The position numbers and the translations under genes were made by a program. Of a stretch of 64,000 nt of DNA, positions 1 to 20,200 are shown one piece after another. How positions within the stretch are numbered: the stretch's first letter is position 1; the number at the start of each line of letters is the position of its first letter. The notes under the pieces are model-generated. The model saw only the letters and a program-made list of their open reading frames with translations, was not told where the DNA came from and made no database searches. The stretch comes from Raillietiella orientalis (taxonomy: Eukaryota), in NCBI GenBank assembly GCA_036172245.1, contig JAYWIR010000063.1:310001-374000 (forward strand), written 5' to 3'.

Positions 1-1520
1 AAAGTAGTCAAGATTTCTATTTAAAAAAAAAAAAAAAAAAGGCGTCAGTGGAAGTAGTATAAAATCAAAATATATACTTTGTTAAAAAGTATTAAAAAGT
101 AGTAAGAAAAGTGATCTTGCATTTTTTGCACTAATTATCATATTTTTGAATTGCTGGATTTGTTTTGTTGTTCCTCATTTTAAGCAATTTTTCTTTGATC
201 TGATGTTTGTAAGCGTACTTGCATGTTTGAAAATTTGTAAATCTTGTTTAGGTACAGAATGCAATTTATATCTATCCAATAATTAGTTTAGAACTATGGG
301 TAGTTCGCTGGGTGTTTTTGACTTTAAAACTGGATGTATTTGAGAGTGGACACTTTATTATTTTTCTTGTACTGTTGACTTTTAGAATGTAGGGAAAAAA
401 TAATGATATCGGAGGTTATTAAATAACAAAGTAGTGATTGCTGCTCAGATGGGAGGAGGAAAATGTTTTTTTTCCTCGTTTCTTGGGTCCTTTGTGTTAA
501 TTAGTTTGGAAGTGTATCATACACATGTCAAGGTCTGCTAAAATTCTACATTAATCTTTATTGAGATCAAGTCGACACAAGCATGAAAAATCTTATGTAT
601 ATGTTAGACGTGCATAACAAGGAGGAATTATCACCAAGATGTCAGTCACCTTGAAAATTATTTTCTGAAAGCTTAATTTTGAGTGCCTTAGAAAAAAAAA
701 CATCATTGGATTATATCTTTCAAGAAGAGGAAACTGGTTGATGTAATTTTTTTTATTGAAAAAGAATTAGTTTTGAAAAAGTGAGGAGGAAATATTAATT
801 CGAACGCAAATTGTCGGGGTAAGGAATGAGAGTCATTTCAGAATATCAGCATCTAGATAGACTGAGGTATTGATAATTGTGAAAATTTGGGTATTGTGCC
901 ACATAAATCTCAGTTATACACTTCTCATAAAGATCCATGCTGTGTTTAGCAGATGGAGTAATTGAATGTTCTATTTCTTCAAGTGGAGAGCTATAAGTGC
1001 AATTTTTTCAGTAGGCTTTTCACAAAAGGAGTTTTTCAGTCATGCAGTATATCATGATTGGAATTTCCATGAGATATCATTTGAGTATTCGTACAAGTAC
1101 AGAAAGCATCGCCATTCTTATAAATTGATTTTATCATTTCAATATTGCGAGCGTGCCTATTCCATAGTTGCAACTATGCCAAGAGGAATGATGCATGCTC
1201 ATATAAAAGATGCTGATGATCCATTATCATTAACTACAATTTAATACATGAAGAAAATGAGGTTGCAGATAGAGATCCCAGGCATTTTGCATGATTATTT
1301 TCGTGTCTGTTTACTGAAAACAATAGAGTATAGAAATTTTGAATGTGCCGAACCCTTTTTTTAAGAAAATTTGTGTTTTTTTACGTCGAACATAGGAAAA
1401 ATTTGATGGTAGAACTCTTTAAAAATTGAATGAAAACAGCGCAGCATTCAGTGATATTAAATATTTAGTAGATTATTACAAGGAAGTTTTTTAAATTGCT
1501 GCTTTTTTTCCTCTCTCCAG

Positions 1521-8333
<6,813 letters not shown>

Positions 8334-8346
8334 TTTAGTTACATTG

Positions 8347-8352
8347 AATAAA
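8347..8352 (+). terminator. AATAAA polyadenylation signal of USP9X-like gene
   Basis: Canonical hexamer 13 nt after the stop codon, followed by GT/T-rich sequence. Confidence 0.6.
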
Positions 8353-11300
8353 CTTGTTTTAAACTTAGTGTATTTCTGGTGTTGCTTTTATCAGAACTAA
8401 AAAGAATATTCCCTGCTGAATTTATCCATTGCTGCTCTGCTTCAACCAGTGTTTTGAATTGAATTGGAAATCATTGGAAGCTTGGTTTAATAATCAGTTT
8501 GCATAGCTTGTGACGTCTGTTATCCATGCTCTATGCTCTATATGTTTATATACAGTGAAAAGTTGCTGTGAAATTAAACATTTTGTGATTGGACATTGGC
8601 CATATCCCCAAAGTATAGTATTAGAGCTTAATTCATAACTGGATTATTTACATAGGAACAAATTTAAATTCATACGTTGTTTGTACAGAATTCTCAATCC
8701 ATCAAAGTGTCCAGTGTGATTCCCCAAAGATGAATTTTGTGCAATCAGTGAAAGCATTCTTATTGTAGCATGCAGTCGATAAAAGGGATAACATGGGTGA
8801 CATGAAATATATTCAGAAATTTTTGCTAACCATCTGATTTCAGTTCGTGTCACGGCCTCGGCGACCTCCGACGTTAACAACAAACGAGATTTGCTTGTGT
8901 GTTTACATTTTAGCAGAGCTCGACACTTGGTGTTTGTTGGACCACTCTATTTATTTGCATTTCCTCAATGTTGTACCACAGTGTTCGGAACGGAAACCCA
9001 AGCTCTGGGCAGCGCCTGCCGGAGCAAGGCGTTACGACAAAGAAATAATAAAACAAAATTCAAATGTTCCTTCGCCCATGCTTATTTTGTTACCTTTTCC
9101 CCCGTAATCGTTATGGCAGTTGTGCTGATAGGTTTCCCTTATTTGTGTGTGTGCGCGTGTGTGTTTTTACCGTGAAGTTGTCCCGAAAGTTGACCAAAAG
9201 TTATGGAGGTGTACACACTCAAGTACCTTGTTGTTCACTGCTGCTGAAATATATTTTGTTTGCGGAAGGAGCATGTGCCAAACTTGTTGGTTCTTTCCAT
9301 CATTTCTCGACGTAAATCCGATCGATCCGTGCTCGGGGAAAACACAGCAAAGGTCGGACCGTTTGTACGTGCGCTGGGGTCTGGGCTGATGACGCAGCCG
9401 CGCCGTGTACGACCCTGACCTCGTGTACGGAAACGCCTCGTTCGGCTGCGTTTCCCACGTGCCACGGAAGAGTGGCTCGAGTTGGCCACTCGGACCGCTG
9501 CGGCTTTGCCTTTCGGCGGTCTTCCCGGGGTGCCTTCCGGTGCGCAGGGGGCGTTCAAGAAAGCACGGAGAAGACACTGGACGCCTTGCCGAGGGCGCAT
9601 TTGAAAAGGAAACACGCAGAACGCTACACGCAAAAGAACGGCCTGAAGACCTCAGTTCGTCTGCGCTGCACGGCATTTGCGTCCGCCCTCCGATCCGAGC
9701 TTTTTTTTTTTTTTTTTTTACGTGTTCTGTGCTTCGTACTCGCAGCGTGGCGTGACCTTGCCACGCCAAGGTGAGAGCCTCAGGCTTCAAGCCAGACTTT
9801 CGGTTGACCTCTTGCGGAGCGCATCTTCAAGAAATGCCTGGCTCCCGCCACCACGCTCTCGTGGATCTGTTGGGCGGCACTCGGAGCAGTGGGTGACCAC
9901 CTTGGAGTCGTACACCTTTGTAGATTGTTTTCCCCCCTTAGCTAAGGGCGCGGTGCGAGGAACCCTCGCACAATTCCGTAAGAAAGTGCTGTGTCTGATA
10001 ACGCTGAATGAGTGTGTTTTGGGTAGCTACCTGAAAAGGGGGGCAGAGCACCTCGGCGGCAGACACGATCGAGATGCTCCAATCCCGTTGTTGGGGGAAT
10101 CGTCGGCAGCTCTCTGCTTTAAATAAATTGCGAGATGATCACCGAGATCTTCCAAGCCTCGTTTCCATGGAACACTCTTGGCGGTCTCCTCGCATTCACG
10201 GTGCCTCGAAAAGGTTGTTGCTCTTTGTAGCCTGCCACCATTCGAATGATTGGTTCGGTTCGTGCCCTCTTAGGTGACCGCTGAACTGAGACCCCGGCAC
10301 GAAACGAAAATTCACCCGTGGCGCCGTACGGCCCTGGTTGACCACGTTACGCGAGGAGCGTCGCCGTTCTTCCGACGCTTTCCCTCCCGTACACGCGAGT
10401 CTACTGTACAGGTCGTTGCTTTGGAGTCTCATTCCTCACCTCTCGGGACAGAGCTGCAGTCCTGAACTGTACGCGGGTCGGGACGGCTGACCTCGGAGAG
10501 GGGAAAAGGTTTCGCTCACCGTAGTTGGTTTGCAGACCATTCGGAAATGGAAAGCATGAAAAGAACGAAAGACATGTGGGTGGGTAAGCAGTCCTCGCCG
10601 TGGCGAGTATTCCGAGCTATCTTGATTTGGCGATGACTTCAGGGGAGCGGTTCTTTTTTTTGTAAAACCGAGTGCTCTCCGAAAAACGAAAAAAGGTGAG
10701 AGTGAAGCTCTAATCAGAGGAAGCATCAGGCGAGCAAATCGCCTAGAAGACCAAAAAGGCAGGGAAGGAAAGGTATTGCATTCCAGATCGGAGCCGTTTC
10801 ATTATTTTTAAACAAAAATAAAAACAAACGCTTTTAGGATTTAACTGAGGCATTTCAGAATTCTTGGTTTCTCCTTGGGGTTCCATCTCTGCATGCTTCT
10901 GTTATGACTGAAGATCTCGCAGAACATAATTGGATACGACCGTGCATTGCATCCACGGCATACCTGCGCTTCTTCCTTTTTCACAAAACTCGTAGACATC
11001 TTAAGATCGTGGGAGGAACACTTTAGAAATCCCTAGAATATTATTTCGCCCAATAGCGTCCTGAGCATATACACGGTATATGATATTTATTGAAAACCAG
11101 GTATTGCGCCACAGCGTGTTCAATATTTTGATGGATTCCATCCAAGGTGGGAGAGAGAGACCTTGGATGAGATCAAGAAAGAGTTTCCGACCATTTTCCT
11201 GCAATTCTCTTGGTAACTTGATCGAGTGACTGGAATAGCCATGCTTGCATCCCTGGGTGTCACCCAGCGACCCCATTTTGCATCCCTTGGTAACCGAAAA

Positions 11301-12699
11301 GGCATTAAATTTTAAATACAACCACATGTCCGCACGCACTCATATAGAAAGAGTCTAAGGAATTTCGAAAGAATTGCCGCTCCTACCTTTTCGAAGTGGA
11401 CCTTCGATGCCTTCCGTCTCTGCTCATCACAACCCCCTCCCCCTCCCCCACTGGCCAAAATCAAAGCACGCGCTCGAATGAAGGGAACCCTTTCCCCTGC
11501 TGCTTCTTTCTCCTCTGTGGGTACGCATGCACGCACATCCACCTCGCGTCTGGTGCGTGTTCTTGAGGCGAAAAAAGCCAAAGACGCAAGGAACTCAAAC
11601 ACAAGAACGAATGAAGAGCAGCGACCCCACGAGCCGGGATGATAATGGGTGAAGGCTGCTGGGTCTGGAAAAGGATGCAACTGAAGAGAACAACCAACCA
11701 GTGGGGTGAACCGGAGCGGCCTCCAACGGAAAAGACTTTGACACTCGAATAAGGGAGTTCGATTTTCTAACCGGAGTAGGCAAGGATGATGGCACTCGAC
11801 GGGCTGAAGCTCGGCGCATCTGAAATGAAATTGGACCGGGCACAGCTGGCGGTGTAGGCGGCGGTTCCGTATGCAAGGCAAGCTCTTCGGGAGGCTTCGT
11901 TGGTTTGAGTGTTCGGTGGTCTCCAGCTGATCCGTCGGGCCAGCCTCGGAATCGCACCGCGGGAGCTGAGCAAAGGGTACCACTTCGCGCCAACTTGGAA
12001 TCGGGGATCCACCTTACTCCTGGCTTCATGAACGCACGGGTGCACGCCGGACGCACGGACACAGCGTGCACGCCTTCGCTCTTCCGGCAGCATGGCTCCC
12101 GGGAGCACGGAGGGAAAAGCGTGCACGGTGTTTGGCCGCCGAAACGCGGCGTGCGTAAGCCAACCTCTCGCGAGCGACGCCAGAAGTCGCTCCCACTTGC
12201 TGCTGACTTGGTGATGTTTCACGGCCCTCGACGGGCGGCGCAGACGGCGACCTCCCGGAGTCAGGCGAGCACGCGCCGGCAAGTGCAGAGGGCACGCTGA
12301 ACCCGCTGCAGATCCACGCCTATCCGGAGGGTCCAGCCCGCCACTTGAAAGCGGCCCGCCGCAAGTCCGGCACCTCGGCGTGACGTCAGAGAGGCCCCAG
12401 GCGGCCGCGCGGTTCTAGAAGGCGCTCACCCTTTGCTTTGCAAGCGCACGCGGGTGGGTGGATACGGAAAATGCAAGCCCGGTTGGGCTGAGGGCTGCCC
12501 GCCTCGCGTGCGCCGCCCCTTCCGCTGCGCGCAATGGCCTTCGTGCGTCACGGTTGTCTTCTTGCACGCACTGGCATGCAGCCGGCGTGCGGATGAATGG
12601 ATGGAAAGAGCCATCAACCGCGCCGCCGGGTATTCGTGTGGCCTTGCACTCGATTGGCGCAGTGAGACTGCGCTAGGAAGAACCCTCCGGGCACGGCCT

Positions 12700-13600
12700 C
12701 GCTTAGCAAAGATCGTATCGGGAATGCATGAGGAGGTGGGATCGTACCTAGGGCTGAAAGAATACGTGCCCAGAGGGGTTTTGCCTTTCTTGGCGGTCCA
12801 AGATTTGCGGGAACAAGCTGAAGGATTTGTGCAGCTAACAGACATCCCGAGCTTAGAAGCAAAGATGGATCCCAGGTCTGTCCAGAAGCACACGGACAGC
12901 GGTCGAGGAAAGCGCGCACAAGGAAAGAGGGAAAATGGCGGAACCTCGCTCTCACGGGGTGCCTAAGGCGTCCGTTCTCTCAATCGCCATTCGAGTTCCA
13001 AGAACAGCAATGTCCTGAAAGGTCTGGAAATCCGAAGGCAGTGCGCGAACCAACCCTGTTGACTGCGTGAACAAAGAGAATACACGCAAGATAAGGGTTG
13101 GCTCCACAGTCATCTCCACAGTCTTCAGCACCCTCATATCCCGTCCATCTCCTCATCCTCTCCGTTTGAGGTCATCGCACCATTCCCGAAGGCCCTCCGT
13201 TCCCGTCCGTATCAGCTGATTCGAGTTCTCGACAGCTCGTTGCGTCAGAGCGAAGATGAACGGCTCCGCGAATCCCGACGTGAAGGAGATTCTAGCTGTG
13301 CTGAGGCACGTCAAAGCGGAAGATGGTGCGGCCTGGACCAGAATTATCTTCCCATAGAGGTCTTCGTGCGTCCCGTGTCACGAACTGCGCCGCAAACAAT
13401 GCCTCAAGGCCACGAGGGACTGCTGCTGCTGCTGAGCTTCCCGCTGCCATACCGGTTGTTTGCTACAGAGGCACTCATCTTCATGGAGATACAGTCCAGC
13501 AAGCAGAACCACCGGGAGTTGCGAGCAGGGCGGCGAACTTTGCATCAGCTCAGCTCCCAGCATGCGAGGAAACGACGAAGCAGATTTGCCTGGCAAGCAG
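12700..13600 (+). mobile_element. Highly decayed Ty3/gypsy integrase region
   Basis: One stop-interrupted + frame gives MHEEVGSYLG...DLREQAEGFVQ (resembles the HHCC region), then IPSISSSSPFEVIAPFPK...YQLIRVLD (resembles the start of the rve core). Motif resemblance only. Confidence 0.4.
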
Positions 13601-14297
13601 GACGTTCCCTTGGAGACGGTCGCTCCGACGTGCTGCTTGGGCGTTCTGGTTACGAACTCCGATCCCAGGAAACCATCCTCCTTCTGCTGCAATTCTGGAA
13701 GACTGCGAGCGATGAATTTTCGTGGGAGGAGGGCAGGAAAAGCACCCTCGCTCCCGCTGCAGTCCCCGCAGCTGCGGCCGCTGCGAATCCCAGATGCCAT
13801 GACTCTGGAAAGTCACGCAGAAAGTCACGTGCAAGCGTGGCCCTTCCAGCCACTCCCAGCGACGCAGGCGTGGGTTCAGGAAGTTCTCGAACGCCCGTCG
13901 TTCTTAGGTGCTGCTAACCTCGGAGGTTTCCATCTATGAATTGCCGTTTTTGTAGGGGCGTGCGCGAAGCAGGTGAGCCCCAGAGCCGGAAATCCGGAGC
14001 GACGACGCAGCCGGACTCGACTCGGACCCATTTCTGCGCTCTGGAGGTTCTCGTGAGCAGCTGATGTCTTATCCAAAGGTCACTTGCCTTGTCCCCGAGC
14101 AACAGTGCTCAGGGCGTTCACAAAATGGAAACTCGGGTTGTTTCGGTTGGTCGCTTTGGTTTCGGGCCGCGTCGGAATGAACGGGAAAGCAGGGAAGATG
14201 ACTGCCGCTTCCAGCGGGAGGGTGGCAGCAGGTGCCTCTTCACGAAAGGTGACCCGAGTCCTCATTCCCTTCCATTCCGTTTACCACTTCCCAGGAA

Positions 14298-17200
14298 ATG
14301 ACACGTAAGGTCTGGTCCCCTCGACCCGTGGTCGCTCGGCCTCGGCGTGGCGTGAGGCTGCGCCCCCCAAGCTAGCGGTGGCTCCCCCCCCCCCAGCCAC
14401 CTCGGACGGCAGGATCGTCCGCACGCGCGTTCCGAGAGTCACAGCACTTGCGGCGCGCCTTCGTTTCCCGCGCGCGCACACGTGGCTCCGACGAATGGCA
14501 TGCCCACCAGCGTTTTTTGAGCCTTCCCCGCCCGAGGCTGTGGGTTCGGGAAGGTTCGTCGCCGCGTGACCTCCGCGCCTGAGGAATGGCCGCTGCATCG
14601 GCTGGAAGCGGCCTTTGCCGCGTGCTGCTGCTGGACCGTTCCAGAGCTCGATTTCGGGAGAAGACGGAAGGAGACGCGCGGCCACAGTCGAGTTGCCTCG
14701 GAGACGCCCGCTCTGGAGGTGCACGGTGGCACGGTGGCATGGCACATTCGCCGTTCCTGGCACCCGTGTTCCCCCGCTTGGTGGCTCACCTTTTTCTCGG
14801 GTTTGGGTGGACCCCCTCCGTCGGCCCCCTCCTTGGCTGACTCGAATGGACCGTAAAGCCGCTTCCTCTCTCCTTCCCGCAGCCATCGTCCCCTCCCCCT
14901 CAGTTTCCAGGCCACTTTTCTTTCTTCCACTTTCGTTTTTTTTTCTTTTTCTGCGCGCAGAAATTTCCTTCCTCCTTTTTTTTTTTTTGTTCCCTTTGTC
15001 TCCAGACAAAGAAAGACCGGAAGCGACCGCGATTGTTGCGTCTTCGCAGCCTCGGGTTCGCGGGCGTGCCGTCACTTCCGCCAGCAGCAGTCGGAGAGAA
15101 GCCTCGGCGTGCCACCAGAGGCGTGCGAGCGCACGGGTGGCGCCGGACTGCCTGCCCGACCACCACCACGGCCAAGTCCGGTCCCTGCGGAGCGATCTCG
15201 CGCACAGGTGCCCAGGGGGCGATGAGTCTTCGCCCGGTCACGGTTCCAGGGTGGGGTTCACGCGCGAAACGGGCATGCAGAAAAGTGTGGTGGCAGCACT
15301 GCAGATGGACCACGTACGCGCAGGAACTTGGTACTTGTCAGGACGCCGGTACGCACTACGGGCGAGGTCCACTTTGGCGGCAGAGGGGAAGGGCGAGGGC
15401 AAGGGACGTGAAGATGCGTGCGGGCAGCGATCAGGCGAAGGCCATTGCCTGCTGCTGCCTGGTGTTCCTCCCCGGGCAGCAGCTTCCTGCCGCCTTAGTC
15501 CTCTGTCCCCAGAAAGGAGGACGGCGTCTCCACCGTGCTGACCTCCTTCGCTGTCGTTCCTGGCAGCAGCAAGCAGCCCTCGAAGTGGAGCCAAGAAGAG
15601 GCGTGCCAGGGCGTCCCTGGGGTCCGCCGCCTCTCGTGGAGGCGGCGGACATGTTCCCCACATTCATCCGCGTCCCTCCCCTTTTCGTTTTCTTCCCTCT
15701 TCTCCTTCCTTTTCCGGGACACGTTCCCGGAGAACTCACCCCGACGCAACCCGAGAGGTCCTGCCTGGTTCGAAACGCCTCCCCAAGCACCTTGGGAAAC
15801 ACCGCGCCAACGTTGGCGGAATGCCAGTTTGGCACGGTCCCCTTCCTTTGCGATCCCATCCCTGCGTGGACTTCACGGAGCCGCCCTACTTCCCCTGCCC
15901 GGACAAGAGGAGGACTCCTGCATTGGATCCATGCCACCATATTCCTCCGGCCTTCGTGGTCAGAACTCGTTGCATCGAGTCGCAGCGGTGGGGATCAATG
16001 AGATGCCTGATGGTGCGCGAGACAACGGAGGACCAGGGATGTGGGCGGCATCGACTTGCCCCTTTCCCCCCTGGAACCGGACCCATCTTCCCATCGGCGA
16101 TGCATTACGGGGTGGCGGACGTCTTGCGGGTCCGGGAGGAGATCTAATCCACGGCGGCGCTGGGCGACCTGACCCTTCGTCCAGGTTTTTCCCTTTTTGT
16201 TACCGGTTCGCCGAGTGCTGAGGGACCGTCTGCCTCCTCAGGAGGGGCACGAAGCTCTTGAAGCTCAGCCCACGCCACCCGAGGGTGCGCGTAACCCTTC
16301 CAGTTGGAGGTGACCCGTGGGGACCGCCCCATGAACCCAAGGAGGCTCCGGGAGAGAGCGTCTGTCTAGCTCTCAGGCTGGAGAAGGAACCCTCACCCCG
16401 GTTGTCTCCGAAGGGGACCTCTTCTTCTCTTCTTCCTTGTAGCTCCAGAGGGACCCTGAGTCCGCGGGGGCCGCTCCCTGTTTCCTCCTCCGAAGGGAAT
16501 TTCGATAGGAGCAGAGCGTTCCGGAGAGGTAACGACTCCCACGAGGGGGGGCATCGACCAGCTCCACCGTGTGCGAAGGAGGATCCCTCCCTTCCCCCCC
16601 CCCCCCTCGGAGGAGGCTCCATTTTCGCAACCGGAGGGGAACCCAAAGGGAGCAGCGCGATCTCTGGGCCGTCCCGGAAGAACCCCGGAGGTTCAGCTCG
16701 GAATCGTAGCTGGTCAAGCAGGGCGTTCGGGGTTTTCCGGCTGCTTCCACCGGTGCCGCACCGGAAGCCGACCGAGGTCAACCAGCGCCACCTCGCGAGG
16801 AGGAGGGGATCGAAGCCACGACGACGCGCCCATTTTCTGTAGCGTCGACCCTTACCCCCCAGGCTTGGGGATTCGAACCCGCACCTCCTGGCGCCGCCTC
16901 GGGCCCCCTCCACCCAGGAGGGTTGGTTGCCTTCCCTCGTATCTTTTTGCGGGGAGACGATGGCAGACTCCTCCTCCTCGACAGCCTCCCCTCCGTCGAG
17001 TGAGGGAGAGGGCGGGGGCAGATGGCGGGGTCGAGACGACCCTCCTGCGCAGGGCTGCGAGCGTCGCCTGAGGAGAGGTCGGGTCCGGAAGCCCCCGTGC
17101 AAGATGGCCTGCCGGTGCTCCACCACGGAGAGATCGAGGGCACGCACTCATGGCTGCTGAGTTCGGACGACGTCGACCCGGACGGGGGGTTACAGGGAAC

Positions 17201-20200
17201 GGGCCGCGGAGGTGGCACCAAGGGCGGCGGCGATGCGCTCAGGAGACCGTGGATGGGTCCGAAGAGCACGGTCCACCTGAATGCCTTGCGGGAGTCGCTG
17301 ACCACCGCCCTCGCGCGCGAGGGAGGCGAACACCCGGCGACCAGCGTGGTGGTGGTCACCGGAACTCTGCGCGGGTGCGCGTTCCTTCTTTTCTTGCGTG
17401 CTGGCAAGCCTGCGCATCAGCCTGGCTCCGCCGCCTGCCGGGATCGGCGACTAGGGATCACCGTCATCCGGCGGCTCTGACGAGGCGGAGCTCTCCCGTC
17501 GCGTGGCAGCGCGCCTGCGACCTCTGGAACCACTGCTCCCCGTTCCTTCCGCCGGGGTATACCCTGCTGCGGGCTTCCCTGACCGGGAAGAGTGCGTGCG
17601 TCCGCTTCTTCAGCGGGTCTTTTGCTCCGCGGTCGCGCGCGAAGTTGGAACCACGGTCGAAAGGAGAGGATCCTCGCGCGCCCGCACGCAGAGAACGCAT
17701 TGGCGGTGGCGGCTGGGCCATCGCTGCTTCTTCCCCTTCTCTTCCCCTTCCGCCCTCGCACGACGGGACGAACGTCCGTCCCGCCGCTTAATTTTCGAGC
17801 GCTTCCCGTCGTGCGTGCGCGCGTGGCAGGAAGGCGCCACTCCACCCGGGGAACCCTGCAAAATCAGTTCCGGGTCGCGGACAGCGAACGCGCTCAGCGG
17901 CAGAAAGGCTGCGCGCGCGCGCCGCTTCACATAGCCCGTAGCCAAGCGTCCCGGTCGCATTCAGTGGAATACCGTTAAAAGTGTTGGGCGATGTGAGGGC
18001 AGCCGTCGAAACGGCGTGACTTCCCCGCCCGACGCGTTGAACGTGGCGCTCGTCGGGGTCAGCAGCTGCATTCGTGGAAGCCTTCGGAACATCCGTCGTC
18101 GTTCCATGTAGTTCGTTGTTGCGAAGCACTTCGGTTCCTCCTCTTTTTTTCATCCCTCCCCTCCTCTTCCCTCCCTTCCCCCCGCCCCATATTCAGCAGA
18201 GCTCCGCAAACGAATGGAAGGTAAGAACAAGGCGGGCGTCACTCGCGGTTGATGTCCTTGGCTGTCCGGTAGTTCTTCTGTCGAAACGGGAACCGGGCAT
18301 CCAGCTATGTAACGCGTACCTGGTGGCAGCTCGCCCCGTCCTGTCGGGAGGAAGTGGGAACCTCGCGGAAAGCAAATTCGCCTACCCGACGCTGCACGTC
18401 GCCGGGAAACCGGGGCGCACGAATCTTCCCTCTGCCTCCGCGGAGAACAGCCACGCCACCTCCGCCGCCGTCGTTGGTGGTGTTGGCGGGATGATCAAGT
18501 CCTACAAGCTGCATCGCGATGTCCTGCTGCCGACCGCCTGCAAGCCGAGGTGGCGGACGGGCGAAGATTTCCTGCAGAAGCACCGGCAGCTGACTGCGGA
18601 TCGCTCCGAGGTTTCCGGTGCGAACGGCTTCCCTCGCCCGGAGGTGGTGGTCATGGCAGGTCATTAGAGAAGGGCGGCGAGTGAACGTCGCGTATTCACC
18701 GCTTGCAATCCCAGCACCCGGCGATCCAGAGATGGTCGTCAGCGGCTGCATGAACGCGATGTACGTGGACAGCGCTGCGAGGTCCACGAGCTCTCATCTC
18801 CCCACCCAAGCCGCGCCGGAGACGCCGGACGCGATCTCTGAAAGTGCAGGCGCGCCTGCGAAAGAAACGTACGAACTGTTCCCTCTCAAGGAAATCAGAA
18901 TGCACCCGCAGAAGCCCGAAGAGAAAGCGAAGGGGACGGAGCTCCTGATCAGCAACCTGGACCAGACCATCGAAGCGAAGAATGCGGAGGAAATCCTGTA
19001 CTCCCTCTTCTCGAAGTACTCTCATGTACGTACGGTCCTGCGCGCGCGCGTCTGGACGGCGGCAGGCAGGGAGGCAGGCAGGCAGCAGCCCCCCCTCCGT
19101 CTCTAGGTTCTCCAGATACGCACGGAGAAGCAGTCGGACGGCAGGTATGTCGCCGTGGTGAAGCTCAAATCGCTCGCCGACGCCCAGTACGCCATCTCGA
19201 AGCTGCACCGCAAGAGGATCGGATACAAACGCATCAAGATCTCCATCCCCAAGTCCTCCCCGTCGCCGACGCCCGAGATGCTCAACTTCGAAGTCATCAG
19301 CCTGCTGAGGGACGTGCCCAGCCACCAGCTACCCCTCTTCCAGTTCCGCGAGCTCTTCATCAGGCGGTTCCAGCATCAGATCAACCTGTCCGACCTGTAC
19401 AGGATGAAGGGGGTCGCGGTGACGTCGGACCCTACCTCGGGGAGGACGGTGGGCATACAGCACGGCAACGTGGAAGCAGAGATGCTGGACTGCCCCGAGG
19501 TAGCGGCGCACGCCTCCTGCCCCGTTCCTCCTCTTCCCCTCTCCTTCTTCCCTTCCAGAGAGAACTGATGACTCCCTCCTGCGTCATCCACTGCAGCTCC
19601 CAGGAGGTGAAGGGTTGGGCGGAGAAGGAGATCAGCATGCAGCTACCCAGCGTGTTCATGAGCCTCCGTGCCCTCATACCCCACGTCCAGATTCTACTGG
19701 AGATGCACGGGGGGCTAATCTCCCTGGCGAGGTAAGGCGAGGAGGGGGGGGGCATGGGAGGCACCGCGCTCATACGCCGATCGGCGGGCAGCTTTGTGGA
19801 CTGCTTCGAGTGCGAGTTCGGCCAACTGCCCGTGGACAGCGAGAAGGGCGTCCAGCTGGAGTACTTGCTGTACTGCGTTCCCGACGTCACCATCTCGCGC
19901 AACGAGTTCGGCTTCAAGAGCCTTCAGTGGTCTTCTGGGAGGAAACCGGGATCGCGCTGCCCGGCCGAGGCAAGTGCGTGCCGAGCGTGAGGCCAGCAGG
20001 CGCTCACCTCTCTCTCCTCTCCCCTCGGGCAGAGTTCCCGGCGGCAGCGATCCCCAGGGACGACGTCGTCTCCTTCCACATGCAGGCGCAGCTGATGCTC
20101 TTCTCTAAGGAGCTAGTCGATCTGCTGAAGGCGTCCCCGCGCAACCAGATCGCCTTCAACAAGTTCATCCCGGCGTACCACCGCCATTTCGGCAGGCAGT

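Noticed and set aside
9385..9456. Hammerhead ribozyme
   Set aside because: CTGATGA lies outside the three-way junction, so the core order is wrong on both strands.
12952..13380. Endogenous viral gene on the minus strand
   Set aside because: No recognisable motif; the plus strand is better explained as a gypsy integrase relic.
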